Shown here in pieces: positions 12,901 through 27,661 of a stretch of 64,000 bases of DNA. The notes below the pieces were generated by a model. It had not been told where the DNA came from, did not search any database, and saw only the letters and a program-made list of their open reading frames with translations. The first letter of the stretch is position 1. Each line of letters opens with the position of its first letter. The position numbers and the translations under genes were made by a program. The stretch is from Eledone cirrhosa. Taxonomy: Eukaryota. The DNA lies in contig OZ024755.1 in NCBI GenBank assembly GCA_964016885.1, positions 3,038,001 through 3,102,000 of the forward strand, read 5' to 3'.

Positions 12901-13243
12901 AGGAGTTACGCCCGGTAGATAGTATTATCAATTAGAAAGACCAATGGAAACATTGTTTCTTTGGTCTGGGAACTTGTCAAATTTAACAGTTAAAAACTCA
13001 TCCCGTTTGGAAAATGCTGTAATCATTTCTTACCTTAGGTTCTTTGAGGGAGATGTAGCTGTTATTTCTAGCTTATCGAGTGATCCTTAAGAGGCGCTGT
13101 TACTTAGTTCCTGTTGTTTTACTTTTGAGATTGTTTGTGTGTAGGTTTCTGCAGTCTGTGTATTATTCGTTCTCTCATAACAATGGTTCTTAATAGAAAT
13201 ACATATATATATATACGTATCGACGTGTGTGTGTTTATATATG

Positions 13244-13288
<45 letters not shown>

Positions 13289-13330
13289 ACATGTATATAC
13301 GTATATATATACGTGTTTGTATATGTATGG

Positions 13331-13370
<40 letters not shown>

Positions 13371-13376
13371 TTATAC

Positions 13377-13410
<34 letters not shown>

Positions 13411-13417
13411 TTATACG

Positions 13418-13448
<31 letters not shown>

Positions 13449-13455
13449 TTATACG

Positions 13456-13486
<31 letters not shown>

Positions 13487-14099
13487 TTATACGTATATAT
13501 ATATATATATATATACATATGCGTGTAGTTATATACACACACATATATATCCATATACTTATATATGTGTATGTATGTAATTACGTGTGTGTGTAACAGC
13601 AACACATTGAATTTATTGATATCACTGTGTAGGATCTGATCAGACCGAGAAATAATATAACTAACTCATACACTACAACTACAACAACAACAACAACTTG
13701 TTTATGAAAACATCAACAGTGGGCTTCCATATCAGTAACAGCACCAAGAACAATATTAGTAAATAAATATTTGAATAAAAAAATAAAAAAACCCCACTTC
13801 ATGGAAGCATCATCATCATCAACCTCCCATATCAAGCAACAAGTGCAATATTGGTAAATAAATATTTGAATAAAAAAAAAATTAAAAAAAATTTGGTAGT
13901 ACCAATTCTACATAGTAACACAAATATTAATACTGGACTCAACAGAGTCTACAAAAAAGTTGCAGCATAACAAGAACATCAACAATAACTATATCTTTAA
14001 GTAAATAAGTTAGATCTGATGAAAAACACGTTTCTACTCAGACTGGATTTATTACAAAAATTATCTTCTGTGCGTGCCTATGTGTGTATATATACATAA

Positions 14100-14137
<38 letters not shown>

Positions 14138-14270
14138 GTATGTATGTATATATATATATATATATATAAGCATATACGTATAGCATATCCAATATATGCA
14201 TGCACATACGTGTGCGCACCTACGTGTATATATGTGTATGTGCGAATATATATATCAAAATATATATATG

Positions 14271-14314
<44 letters not shown>

Positions 14315-14794
14315 ATTTGTACGTATATATATCCAGGGAGTGTAACGTTTATATATATATATAGATATAGATATACACACACAAACACATGTATGTAAGA
14401 ATATATATACATACAATGTGCATGTGTGTGTATATATATTCTTACATACATGTGCATGTGTGTGTATATATGAATTACATGATATTGCATATAATTGTAT
14501 ACATATTCATATGTATAATTAAATAACTTTTATCTTTGTACATCTATGTATCTAATCTTTATAATATATATATATATAAATATACATACATACATATATA
14601 TAATACATATATAATTGCATGCTTGTTTGAGTGCGTGTTGTGTATATACAGTACAGATGTATAAATATATATATAGGCATGAACACACATATATATATAT
14701 ATGTGTGTATATATATATGTATGTGTGGAAACAAGGTAAGCTCTTGTAAATGCGTATTCATTTGAGATCGTGTATGTATGTATATTCTAAAATT

Positions 14795-14835
<41 letters not shown>

Positions 14836-14938
14836 CGACAAACAGACGCATCATTCATAAATATTGAATGAATGCTATATATTTATGACTTGCATTCAGG
14901 CAGTAACGACAATAATAATATTGCTTGCACAATGTATA

Positions 14939-14985
<47 letters not shown>

Positions 14986-15014
14986 CCTATATATATATAT
15001 ATAGTGCCTATATG

Positions 15015-15047
<33 letters not shown>

Positions 15048-15816
15048 GCACATATACAAACCTACATATATACAAACAGACATATATGTGTATATATATA
15101 CATGTGTGTGTGTATGTATGTATACATATGTATATATGTGTGTGTGTGTGTGTATGTATGTATACATATGTATATATATGTGTGTGTGTATGTATGTATA
15201 CATATGTATATATATGTCTGTGTGTATGTATGTATACATATGTATATATGTGTGTGTGTGTGTGTATGTATGTATACATATGTATATATATGTGTGTGTG
15301 TATGTATGTATACATATGTATATATATGTCTGTGTGTATGTATGTATACATATGTATGTATGTATGTGTATGTATGTATACATATGTATATATATGTGTG
15401 TGTGTGTGTGTATGTATGTATACATATGTATATATACATGTGTGTGTATGTATGTATACATATGTATATATATATGTGTGTGTGTGTGTGTATGTATGTA
15501 TACATATGTATATATATATATGTGTGTGTGTGTATGTATACATATGTATATATATATATGTGTGTGTGTATTTATGTATACATATGTATGCATGTATGTG
15601 TGTGTATGCATGCATGCATATGTATGTTTGTATGTGTGTGTATGTATGTATATATATATATGTATGAGTATATATATGTATATATATATGTGTATGTATA
15701 TATATGGATGTATATGTATGCATATATATATATATGTGTGTATATATATATGAATGTGTATGTATATGTATGTGTATATATACATATATTTATATATATA
15801 CATGTGTGTGCGTATA

Positions 15817-15868
<52 letters not shown>

Positions 15869-15921
15869 ACATATATATATACATATGTGTGTGCGTATAT
15901 GTATGTATACATATATATGTA

Positions 15922-15968
<47 letters not shown>

Positions 15969-16237
15969 ATAAACATAAATCCACACACACAGCTCCGCTC
16001 TAAAGACAGAGAGCAGTTCATTAGTGCTATAACTTGTATTAATACAACGTTGGGGGTTCGTGCTAGCTTCAATAACAAAGTCGAGGAGATTTAGATATAA
16101 CAACTACAACAATAGTAACATGATCACCACTCCCACCACCACCATTATCGTCTCCTTCCTCCTTCTAATCATCATCATCATTATCATCTACTTCTTTCAC
16201 GTTCTTTGTCAACAATAACATAACTGTAAAAAACAAC

Positions 16238-16274
<37 letters not shown>

Positions 16275-16442
16275 GTAATAATAATAATTATAATGCAAAC
16301 AATAATTTATTATTATTACTATTATTACTATTATTTTTTATTACTATGACTATCAAAGAGACACCATTATCTGAAAAACTAAAAAGAAAATACGCACACA
16401 TACACATACATACATACACACATACACACACATACACATACA

Positions 16443-16473
<31 letters not shown>

Positions 16474-16988
16474 TCACTAGCACACACACACACATACACA
16501 CACACCCACAGACACATACATACATATACATACATATTCACTAGCACGCACACACCCACACACCCACAGACATACACATACATACATACATACATACATA
16601 TTCACTAGCACGCACACACAGTGACATACACACACACACACACACATTCATACATACATTAGCACACATACTGTCACATACATAAAACTAGACACAGGAA
16701 CACAGAAAGGTGGAGTGGAACAGTTTGAAATAGTTTTACACATTTTCTGATGATCAGCATTAATCTCCAAGAATAGGACATCCTCATCTATCTATCTCTA
16801 TCTCTCTCTCGCTTTATCTCTCTCGCTCTCTCTCGGTCTCTCTCGCTTTATCTCTCTCCCGCTTGATCTCTCTCTCTCTCTCTCTCTCGCTTTATCTCTC
16901 TCTCGCTTTATCTCTCTCTCGCTTTATCTCTCTCTCGCTTTATCTCTCTCTCGCTTTATCTCTCTCGGTCTCTCGCTTTATCTCGCTT

Positions 16989-17038
<50 letters not shown>

Positions 17039-17555
17039 CCTTCCTCGCTTTCTCTCTCTCTTTCTCTTTTTCTTTCTCTTTCTCTTTTTCTTTCTCCTTC
17101 TCTTTCTCTCTTTCTCTTTTTCTTTCTCTTTCTCTCTTTCTTTCTCTTTTTCTCTCTATCTTTCTCTTTTCTCTACCTTTCTTTTTCTCTCTCTCTCTTT
17201 CTCTCTCTTTCTCCGTTTCGCACTCTCTATCTCCGCACACACACACACACACTTTTCCCACAAACCCACAGTTGTCATTTCACACAAAACACTTGTATAC
17301 ACATGATTTCTCTCTCTCTCTCTCTGTGAGAGAGGAGAAAGACAGAGAGAGAGAAAGAGAGACTAGAACCTTCAATACAACGACGATGAATCGATCACTA
17401 TTACTCTTTAGAGATCATTAAGAGCTTGAATTTATCTTTAAACCACATTTCCGTATTTATAATTTAATTGCCAAAATTTATCAACCAGTGAAGACGAGGC
17501 AAAGTCGTTCATTTAAATCATTAAAGAATCTTATATATTTGTAAACATACTTAAG

Positions 17556-17735
17556 AAGGCGGTGAGTTGGCAGTCGTTAGAGGATAGAATGGTTTGTGGT
17601 AACTGATCCGGCTTTTTGCTCTCTGAGTTCAAATCCCGCTGAGGTCATCTTTGTCTTTCATCCATTCGAGGTCGATAAAAAAATCTACCAGTCAAGTACT
17701 GGCATCAGTTCTTCTTTTATATTTCTTTCTCGTTT
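17556..17735 (+). mobile_element. SINE family A copy
   Basis: GGCGGTGAGTTGGCAGTCGTTAG...CTCTGAGTTCAAATCCCGCTGAGGTC...TCATCCATTCGAGGTCGATAAA...TACCAGTCAAGTACTGG. Confidence 0.85.
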
Positions 17736-18353
17736 CCGCTTCTTCTCTTTCTCTCTCTCTCTCTCTCTTTTTTTTTCTCTCTTTCTCTCTCTTTTTTCTC
17801 TTTCTTTCTCTCTCTCTTTCTCTCTTTCTCTTTCTTTCTTTCCCTCTCCGTCTCTCTCTCCCGCTCTCTCTCTTTCCCTCTCTCTCCTGCTCTCTCTCTT
17901 TCCCTCTCTCTCCTGCTCTCTCTTTCCCTCTCTCTCCTGCTCTCTCTTTCCCTCTCTCTCCTGCTCTCTCTTTCCCTCTCTCTCCTGCTCTCTCTCCCTC
18001 ACTCCCCCTCACTCTCCCTCTCCTCCCCTCTCTTCATCGCTCTCCATCCCCCTCCCCCTCTCTTCATCACTCTACCTCCCCCTCCCCTCTTCCTCACTCT
18101 CTCTTTCCCCACCCCTCTCTCTTTCTCACACACCCCTCTCCTCCCCCTCTCTCTCTCCCTCTCTGAAAGAAGTCAATTTGCTGAACTCAGACCTGGAGAG
18201 GAGAAGGAGGAAGATTTACTTAAAATACAAAATATAATTTTTAGAAGAACCAGTTTCTTATGAAATCCGATTTTGTCGTCGAGCTACAAATCGTTATACA
18301 ATATATATATATATACACGTACATATATGTGTGTGAGTGTATATATATATGTA

Positions 18354-18407
<54 letters not shown>

Positions 18408-18461
18408 AGATTGTATATATATATATATGTGTGAGTATATATGTGTGTGTGAGTGTATATA

Positions 18462-18492
<31 letters not shown>

Positions 18493-18623
18493 TTAGGTAA
18501 TCCTACGTCTGTGAGTGAGTGAGTGGTGTCTAATTCATATTACAAATAGATTTATGTCTGATTCTGATGGCTAAAAATATTCAATAAAACTCATCTGTTA
18601 CTATTTTCATATTTCATCTGCAG

Positions 18624-18749
18624 ATGAAATGATAGAAATTATATAGTAGTAGTTGATGATGATGGTGGTGGTGGTAGAAATGCCGATCACACGAATAAAT
18701 CGAACGATGACAACATCATGGAAGTCTTCAGTGGCCGTGGGTGATCAAC
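18624..18749 (+). other. Candidate 126-bp non-coding exon
   Basis: Acceptor TTTTCATATTTCATCTGCAG| and donor AAC|GTAAGT. Stops occur in all three phases. Confidence 0.25.
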
Positions 18750-19000
18750 GTAAGTTTCTTTTTGATGAAGATTGTAAAGTGTCAAAGTCAACCTGGCAAA
18801 GACTCATTCCTTGCCAAGTTTATTGAAGACGCCAGAAACGAACTGAAGATGTGCGGTAGTTATCTATTTTCTACTATAAACTAGTGGGAAATCTAAGGAG
18901 TAGTTTTAAAATGTTCCTCTTAGAAGCTACTAAAACCAATACGAAACCACGACAGCATGCTAGGCAAGTGTTATTTACTGTAGCAAATATTTACTAATAT

Positions 19001-19180
19001 TTGGCAGAATCGGTAGAGGGTTGGACGCCATGCTTTCTAGCATAGTTACGTCCCTTTACGGTCGGAGTTCAAATCCCGTCGAGGTTAACTTTGCCTTTCA
19101 TCCTTACGAGGTCGATAAAATAAAATACCAGTAATGTACTGGATAATTGCTGGCCTTGTGCCAAAAGTAGAAACAATTAT
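19001..19180 (+). mobile_element. SINE family A copy (3'-deleted subtype)
   Basis: A box TGGCAGAATCGG, B box GAGTTCAAATCCC, core, then GTACTGGATAATTGCTGGCCTTGTGCCAAAAGTAGAAAC. Confidence 0.88.
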
Positions 19181-20167
19181 TATTTTAGGGTGGTAGTTTC
19201 ACCCATGTTATGTGACTGAGATTGGGTGGATGGAGACTGTATAGAAGCCTGTCACAAATGGACAGTAACTTTCTTCTGATACATTATGTCGCGTTGAATA
19301 TGACAGAGAATATACGATGAGAGTACACGTGTCTGTGGAATGCTTAATTTAGCGAAAAACTGGTGGAGATGCATTCCAACAAAATTTGAACATTGGACTG
19401 GAGTCAGTTCAATTCATAATTCGATTTTTTGGACTCGGTCATCAATCATAAAAAAAATATATCTACGAAAGATATGAGGCATAAAATTGAGTCTGAGGCG
19501 GAAATCGTGAATTGTGGAGAAAGTTTGTCAGGAATATTCGGCTGTGGTCGCAATGATGATGTTTACTGGGAGATTAACTATCTCGGCTAGACTGCATTGC
19601 ATATATAGCATTAATGAAACCAGCTTGGTTCTTCCTTGTTTTACTGTCCGTGAAGATATCGTGATACAGACACTCTATTTACATCTGTCAATACATATAT
19701 TGTTGGCTAAATTCTATAAATATAATTCTGTAGCACAGTATAAACTTTTAAACAAAATATTAATGCACCAGTAATATATATATATATATATACACACACA
19801 CATACATTTATATATACATATATATATATATATATATACACACACATACATTTATATATACATATATACATATATATATATATAATTATATATATATATA
19901 CACATACATTTATATATACATATATACATATATATATATATAATTATATATATATATATATACACATACATTTATATATACATATATATACACATACATT
20001 TATATATATATATATATACATATATATATACATATATATACATATATATATATATACATGTATATATACATATATATACATATACATATATACATATATA
20101 TACATATACATATACATATATACATATATATACATATACATATATATATATATACACATACATTTAC

Positions 20168-20219
<52 letters not shown>

Positions 20220-20651
20220 AGATATGTATCCATATTTATGTATATAATATATGTATATGTATGCATATATGTGTGCGCGTGTACAAATACATATATATGC
20301 ACATATATTTACTCAAACGCACTCATACACTTATGAATATATATATATATATTATATATCTACACACACACAAGTGTGTGTGTGTTCGCTAATGTAAACA
20401 TACATATGTGCACGTATAATATATGTATGTATACACACATATATTATATCTGAATAACCCCATTTATATGCATAATTTTCTTTGTTCATATGATACGTGT
20501 TGATATATATATATACGTGTATGTGTATATATATTTGTGTGTGTGGGTGTATGTATATTTGTGTCTGCGTGCGTGCGTGTGTGTGTGTGTGTGTATGTAT
20601 ATTTGTGTGTGTATGTATATTTGTGTGTGTGTGTGTGTCTGTGTATGTATA

Positions 20652-20685
<34 letters not shown>

Positions 20686-21072
20686 CCTGTGTTCACGCTA
20701 TGGTAAGTTTGAGCACAAGAGAGAAAACTAACTGCCATAAATGACAATGGCGACCATTGTTCGATAAAGCAATAAAATCGACTGATAGATAATACTACTG
20801 AATAGACAAGACACACATGAATGTGGATTGATAGAGAGAGATAGTAACTGAGGAGAGGGAGGGAAAGAGAGACCGAGAGAGAGAGAGAGACTAAGTGAAT
20901 GTGTATATGTATATATGTGTGTCGGACTGATAGAGGCATGCACAGATAGATACCTACATATACAGACACATACCACGTAGTGAGAGCTGGGGGAGACGAG
21001 GGTTATGTCTTTTATATATATATATAAATAATATATATATATATATAATGTGCGTGAGTGTATGTACATATA

Positions 21073-21110
<38 letters not shown>

Positions 21111-21439
21111 TGTAAACTGAGTGTGTGAGAGAGAATTTGAGAGAGATTCATTACAGCAATTAAAGAGCTTATTATTGATGAAGCATTTGCAATTCAAAAA
21201 TATAATCAGTATATCAGATATGACTAAGAAAGAACTGATGGTAGGGGTGGGTGAAGTGGGGGTAAGAAGTGGGGAGGGAGAGGAGGGGAGTTAGAAGGGG
21301 AGGGGAAGAGGAGCAAAGAAATCATTAGTGGAAAAAGATATGCTTGAGATGGTGGCGACGGTGAAGATAAAGAGAAAGAGATAGGTTATGATGTGTGTGT
21401 AGAATGTGTGTGGAGGTGGAGTAAAGTTTCAACTCTGAT

Positions 21440-21500
21440 CAACTCTGATCAAGCAGATCTATGATCAAAAGCACGCCAGCCGTGGCCATCCGTCTTTTTA
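21440..21500. repeat. Dispersed short repeat (probable SINE/LINE 3' tail), also at about 60435-60495 and 61312-61378
   Basis: CTGATCAAGCAGATCTATGATCAAAAGCACGCCAGCCGTGGCCATCCGTCTTTTT resembles TTGATCGAGAGGGCCTCTAACCAAAGACATTCCAGCTATGACCATCCTGTATTTTT at 61320. Confidence 0.55.
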
Positions 21501-21789
21501 ACTTTTACTTATAATTACATTATCCAAAGTTTCTATTATTTAAAGAAGTTTTCGACGTATAACCTCGGGTTGACACAAGCCTTTTGAGAGAAATTAGTTA
21601 TATAGAAACTGTATGGAAGAGATCTGACTTGAAGTCTTCGATCAATCGATCGAATTGATCAACAATGTCCCAAAGTCCATTTGCTTACTGAGTGGGGAAG
21701 GGAGGGACTCGTTAAATTGGACCAAGGAAACAATGTTTCCTTTGTTCTTTTCATTGCTAATCCTCTCAACCGGTCGCAACTCCTGACAG

Positions 21790-21912
21790 AAAGAGCAACA
21801 TGAAATAAAGTGTCTTGCGCCAGAATATAACGCATCACCCAGTCTGGGAATCGAACTCGCAACCTCACGATTTCGAATCCAATTCGCTAATCAGTAAGCC
21901 AGGCACCTTCAC
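21790..21912 (-). mobile_element. SINE family B copy
   Basis: Plus strand has GAGCAACATGAAATAAAGTGTCTTGC...GGGAATCGAACTC (reverse-complement B box)...AAGCCAGGCACCTTCAC. Confidence 0.75.
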
Positions 21913-22635
21913 TTCCAGTCCTTTAATTTTCTGGATATAATCTTGTGTGTCCAGTACATGAACTGTCATTCTTGGAGTCGTTGAAGAATGCTCTCCATCT
22001 CATAGCTTTCATCGAGTCTTCTCCGTTAGTCTCCAGCCGTAGCTCTAGTTTAATGATGCTGAGATATTTTTCATCGAGTTGTTGTTCAGACTATAAATCC
22101 ATGATTATCTTTTGTAATAGTTAACGGTCTACCGTGTTATCTGTCTGTTTATCTAGCTAACCACCTACCTCTCTCTCTGTCTATCTACCTACGTATTTAT
22201 CCTCAGTCAGCCTCTGGAAATCACTACAGTTTCGGAAAATTTAAGCTCGATACAATTTATTCCAGTGCAGATTGAGACATAACAAAACATGTAGAGACAT
22301 GTTATACCTTTGGGTAAATTACACAAATATAGAGTGTGTAAGGACTTAGCCAAAGGAGAGAAATATAGAAAGGAGAGAAATAGTACAACAGAAGAGAACG
22401 CATTGTGTGTGTGTGTGTGTGTGTGCATATATATACAGGTAATAGTCAAACTTTTCCCTGGGTCGGTTTTTTCGATGTTTTGGTCCTAGCGGCTCGTTTG
22501 CGGTCGCTGACTTCAATTTGCAGAGCTGTCTAAACGTAATGTTATAACTCTAATATAAAATTCCTTATTGACTGATTTTGGCTGCACTTCCCGACAGCAT
22601 TCGTTAGCTTGCCCGCAACCAGAGCTACTGTCTTG

Positions 22636-22674
<39 letters not shown>

Positions 22675-23511
22675 ATATATATTTATGATATATATGTGTA
22701 TATGTATGATATAGATACATATGATAGATATGGTGGCGGTGCTGGTCGTGATGGTGGCTCTACTGTTGCTACTGCTGTTTCTACTACTACTACTGCTACT
22801 GCTGCTGCTTAAGTTGTAGACTTTGAAGCTACTGGTTGAGGTGTTGATGATTTTAATGGTTGCAACAATAAAACGGTGAAAATCCGTGACGTTAATACTA
22901 GTAAACTAGAAAGAACCACAAAATAATAGTAATAATAATAATAATAATAAAGAAAAATGATAATTTTTTAATGATAATAATATTATATCTAAAGCAAACA
23001 AGAAACGTAATAGAACAACAACAACAATAACAGCAACAACAACACTAAAAATGCTAATGATAAAAATATATATAACAACAAAAAGCATGCCAACAACATC
23101 AATGAAAGTATTACAACCAACTACAACAATAATAATACTAATAGTAATTCTATAAATATTAATAATATCAATAATAATAACAATTACCATTATTATTATT
23201 ATTTATTGTAAAGAAATTATTATCGTCATTATTATTAATATTATTGAAAAGTAATTATTATTATTGTTGTAAAGAAATTATTATTATTTGTATTAATGTT
23301 ATTACTGTTGTTGTTGTTAGTCAAATTATCAGCGGTTCCCATCTCTGGTAACATGAATGGTTCTGAATTCTATAGACAAACCCAAACAGCAATCAAAATC
23401 TTTGTTCAGGAGAATTGCTACACAATTCTAGCAAGTGTATTTTACATACAGATCTGACTAAAATAGATTTTCTCTTAGATAGCATTTCAATAGAGATGTT
23501 ATTATGTATAC

Positions 23512-23561
<50 letters not shown>

Positions 23562-23613
23562 AATATATATATATGCATGTATAAGTACATGTATATATGT
23601 ATATATGTTTATA

Positions 23614-23644
<31 letters not shown>

Positions 23645-23660
23645 TTATATGTATATATAT

Positions 23661-23696
<36 letters not shown>

Positions 23697-24505
23697 GCAT
23701 GTATAAGTACATGTATATATGTATATATGTTTATATGTATATATATGTATATATGTTTATATGTATATATATGTATATATGTTTATATGTATATATATAT
23801 ATATATGTATATATGTATATATATATGTAATGTATGTATATATGTTTATATATATACATATGTATGTGTAATGTATGTATATATGTTTATATATATACAT
23901 ACATATGTATGTGTAATGTATGTATATATGTTTATATATATATATACATACATATGTATATGTAATGTATGTATATATGTTTATATATATACATACATAT
24001 GTATATGTGTATATGTGTTCAAATATATATATACATACATATGTATATGTTTGTATATATGTATATATTTTCAAATATATATATACATACATATGTATAT
24101 GTATATATATATATATATACATGTATATATATATATGTATATATATATGTGTATGTACATGTAAACATATTGAATATATATAATCAAAACATACTATATA
24201 TATGTGTGCGTGTGTGTGTGTGTGTGGTTGTGTGTGAGATTCTACAAGAGAATACTTTGCAATATAATCACGTAAACATACCAAATATAGATATTTATAT
24301 CGAGACAGAGAGAGAGTGAGAGAGAGAGAGAGAGAGTGACAGTGACAGAGACAAAGGTACACACACACAGACAGACAGACACAGTCACAGCGACACATAT
24401 ATACATATATATACACACATATATACACACATACAGAGACATACATGTGTATATAATTAAGAGTGAACGAACTAATTGTTCTTCGTATATAACTATAGCT
24501 ATCTA

Positions 24506-24550
<45 letters not shown>

Positions 24551-24612
24551 CACACATTCACACACACACGTATATATATATATATATATTTGTAATACCC
24601 ACATACACACAC

Positions 24613-24668
<56 letters not shown>

Positions 24669-24670
24669 TT

Positions 24671-24874
24671 ATTTATTAAAATAACAGATTAAAGTTTAAA
24701 CAAAGAATCGCTGCTTTCGCCCTTAACGGGATCTTCTGAAACTTCCGTTAAGGGCGAAAGCAGTGATTCTTTGCTTACACTTTAATCTGTTAGTTCAATA
24801 AATATTTCCTCTAGGGTTCTTATATATTTATCCTTATCGAGCCCTCTTTGGATTTTAGTCTTCACATTTAATAT

Positions 24875-24878
<4 letters not shown>
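24671..24878. mobile_element. Fold-back element between (TA)n tracts, putative Penelope-like terminal-repeat relic
   Basis: Arms of about 59 bp (24671-24729 and 24745-24803), a 15-nt loop and a one-sided tail. The minus strand reads CAGAAGA-TCCCGTTAAGGGC-GAAA, a hammerhead-like core with one mismatch. Confidence 0.6.
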
Positions 24879-24913
<35 letters not shown>

Positions 24914-25529
24914 CTTTCTAAGGACTTCAGTTAACTAAATAGAAGTATTGGTTTACATTTAGCATTCGGGGAACCTAGTTAAATTGATATATTAGACGTG
25001 CCATTACATTACTTTGTTTAAATGCTCTTCTTTACCACAGCAAAATATACGGATAAATTCTTGGAACTCTTTTGAAACTTTATCGAAAGACCATAGAGAA
25101 ATATAGAAATAAATGTTTCTAAATTCTTCTGAAAATAACTTTTAGCATTATCATATATTGGCATATATTGGAACTGTTGAAATAAATATTCAACTCTTGC
25201 ATGAAGCTAAATATACCCAGAAATCCACCGGAACTTCAGCTAAATGTGAATAATATAGTAAAAAGGAGAAATCCATTGAAATATGACGGTTTTTTTTCTT
25301 AACATGTGACCTATATTCAGTAGAAATGCTGTTTTGGATATTTTATCGCCTTCCATCTTTTCACTGATTATTTCAGAATTTTGACAGGACTTTTACAACA
25401 TCACCAGAAATGATTTTAAACATAAAGGAATTGGCGTAATCTCTTGGCAACAGTGTAGGTTCTCGACATAATATTTTTGCTTAAGATATTGTATGAAATT
25501 TCACGGATGTTTTATTATTAGACATCTTT

Positions 25530-26106
25530 ATTTTATATATATATATATATATATATAAATAATATATAATATAATATATATATATATATTATATATATAT
25601 ATATATATAATATTATATAATATATATTATATATATATATATATAATATTATATAATATATATTATATATTTATATATTTATATATATAATATAATATAT
25701 ATATATGTATATAATATATGTATATAATATAATATATATATGTATATAATATAATATATATATATATAATATATTTATATATATAATATATTTATATAAT
25801 ATAATATAATATATATATATATATAATATAATATATATATATATATAATATATTTATATAATATAATATAATATATATATATATATAATATATATATATA
25901 TATATAATATAATATATATATAATATATATAATATATATATATATAATATATATATAATATATATATATATAATATATATAATATAATATATATATAATA
26001 TAATATATATAATATAATATATATATAATATAATATATATAATATATATATAATATAATATATATAATATATATAATATAATAAATATATAATATATATA
26101 TATAAT

Positions 26107-26149
<43 letters not shown>

Positions 26150-27107
26150 TATATATATAATATATATATATATAATATATATATATATATAATATATATA
26201 TATATAATATATTATATATATATATATATAATATAATATTATATATATAATATATATATATATATATAATATAATATTATATATATAATATATATATATA
26301 TATATAATATTATATATATATATAATATAATATATATATATATATATAATATAATATTATATATATATATAATATAATATTATATATATATATAATATAT
26401 ATAATATATATATATATATATAATATAATATTATATATATATATAATATATATAATATTATATATATAATATATATAATATTATATATATATATAATATA
26501 TATAATATTATATATAATATTATATATATATAATATTATATATATATATATATATATAATATATATAATATATAATATATATAATATTATATATATATAT
26601 AATATATATATTATATATAATATTATATATATATAATATTATATATATATATATATAATATTATATATATATATATATATAATATATATATAATATTATA
26701 TATATATATATATATAATATATATATTATATATATATAATATATATTTATATATATAATATATATATATATATATTATATATATATAATATATATAATAT
26801 ATATATATATAATATATATATATTATATATATATATATAATATATATATATAATATATATATATATAATATATATAATATATAATATATATATAATATAT
26901 ATATATATAATATATATAATATATAATATATATAATATTATATATATATAATATATATAATATATATAATATTATATATATATAATATATATATATAATA
27001 TATATATATATATAATATATATAATATATATATAATATATATATATATAATATATATATATATAACATATATATTATATAATATATATATATATTATATA
27101 ATATTAT

Positions 27108-27139
<32 letters not shown>

Positions 27140-27181
27140 ATATATATATATTATATAATATATATATATAATATATATATA

Positions 27182-27222
<41 letters not shown>

Positions 27223-27420
27223 TATATATTATATAATATATATATAATATATATATAATATATATATAATATATATATAATATATATATATATTATATTA
27301 TATAATATATATATATATATATTATATAATATATATATATATTATATATGACCCTCCCAAAGTATAACAATAATATAATATAACGTATATATATATTATA
27401 TAATATATATATATATATTT
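25530..27420. repeat. About 1.9-kb almost pure A/T compound microsatellite ((TA)n with TAA interruptions)
   Basis: Only a handful of G/C bases over the whole tract. Confidence 0.97.
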
Positions 27421-27661
27421 CTCGCCTTTCCTTTTCTTTATCTTTATACTTCTCACTCTTTCCATATATAAATAGTGTGTGTGTCTCTGTGTGTGTATGT
27501 GTGTACATACATAATTTTTATATATATCCGTATATGTTTTTTATATATTTATACTCGCAGTATAATCCATATTTTAACGCTCAAGTGTAAATACCATTTT
27601 CAAACTATATTTTCCCCCATTTTCAGAAATAACTTCCTACCTGTGTACAACTACCACAGAG

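Noticed and set aside
10953-12935. 609-660 aa ORFs in three plus frames
   Set aside because: They are a product of a 17-bp stop-free minisatellite; the same periodic peptide appears in all frames.
14872-16103. Numerous Y/I/C/V/H/T-rich ORFs here and throughout the window
   Set aside because: (TA)n, (TG)n, (CA)n and (CT)n repeats lack stop codons; these are not genes.
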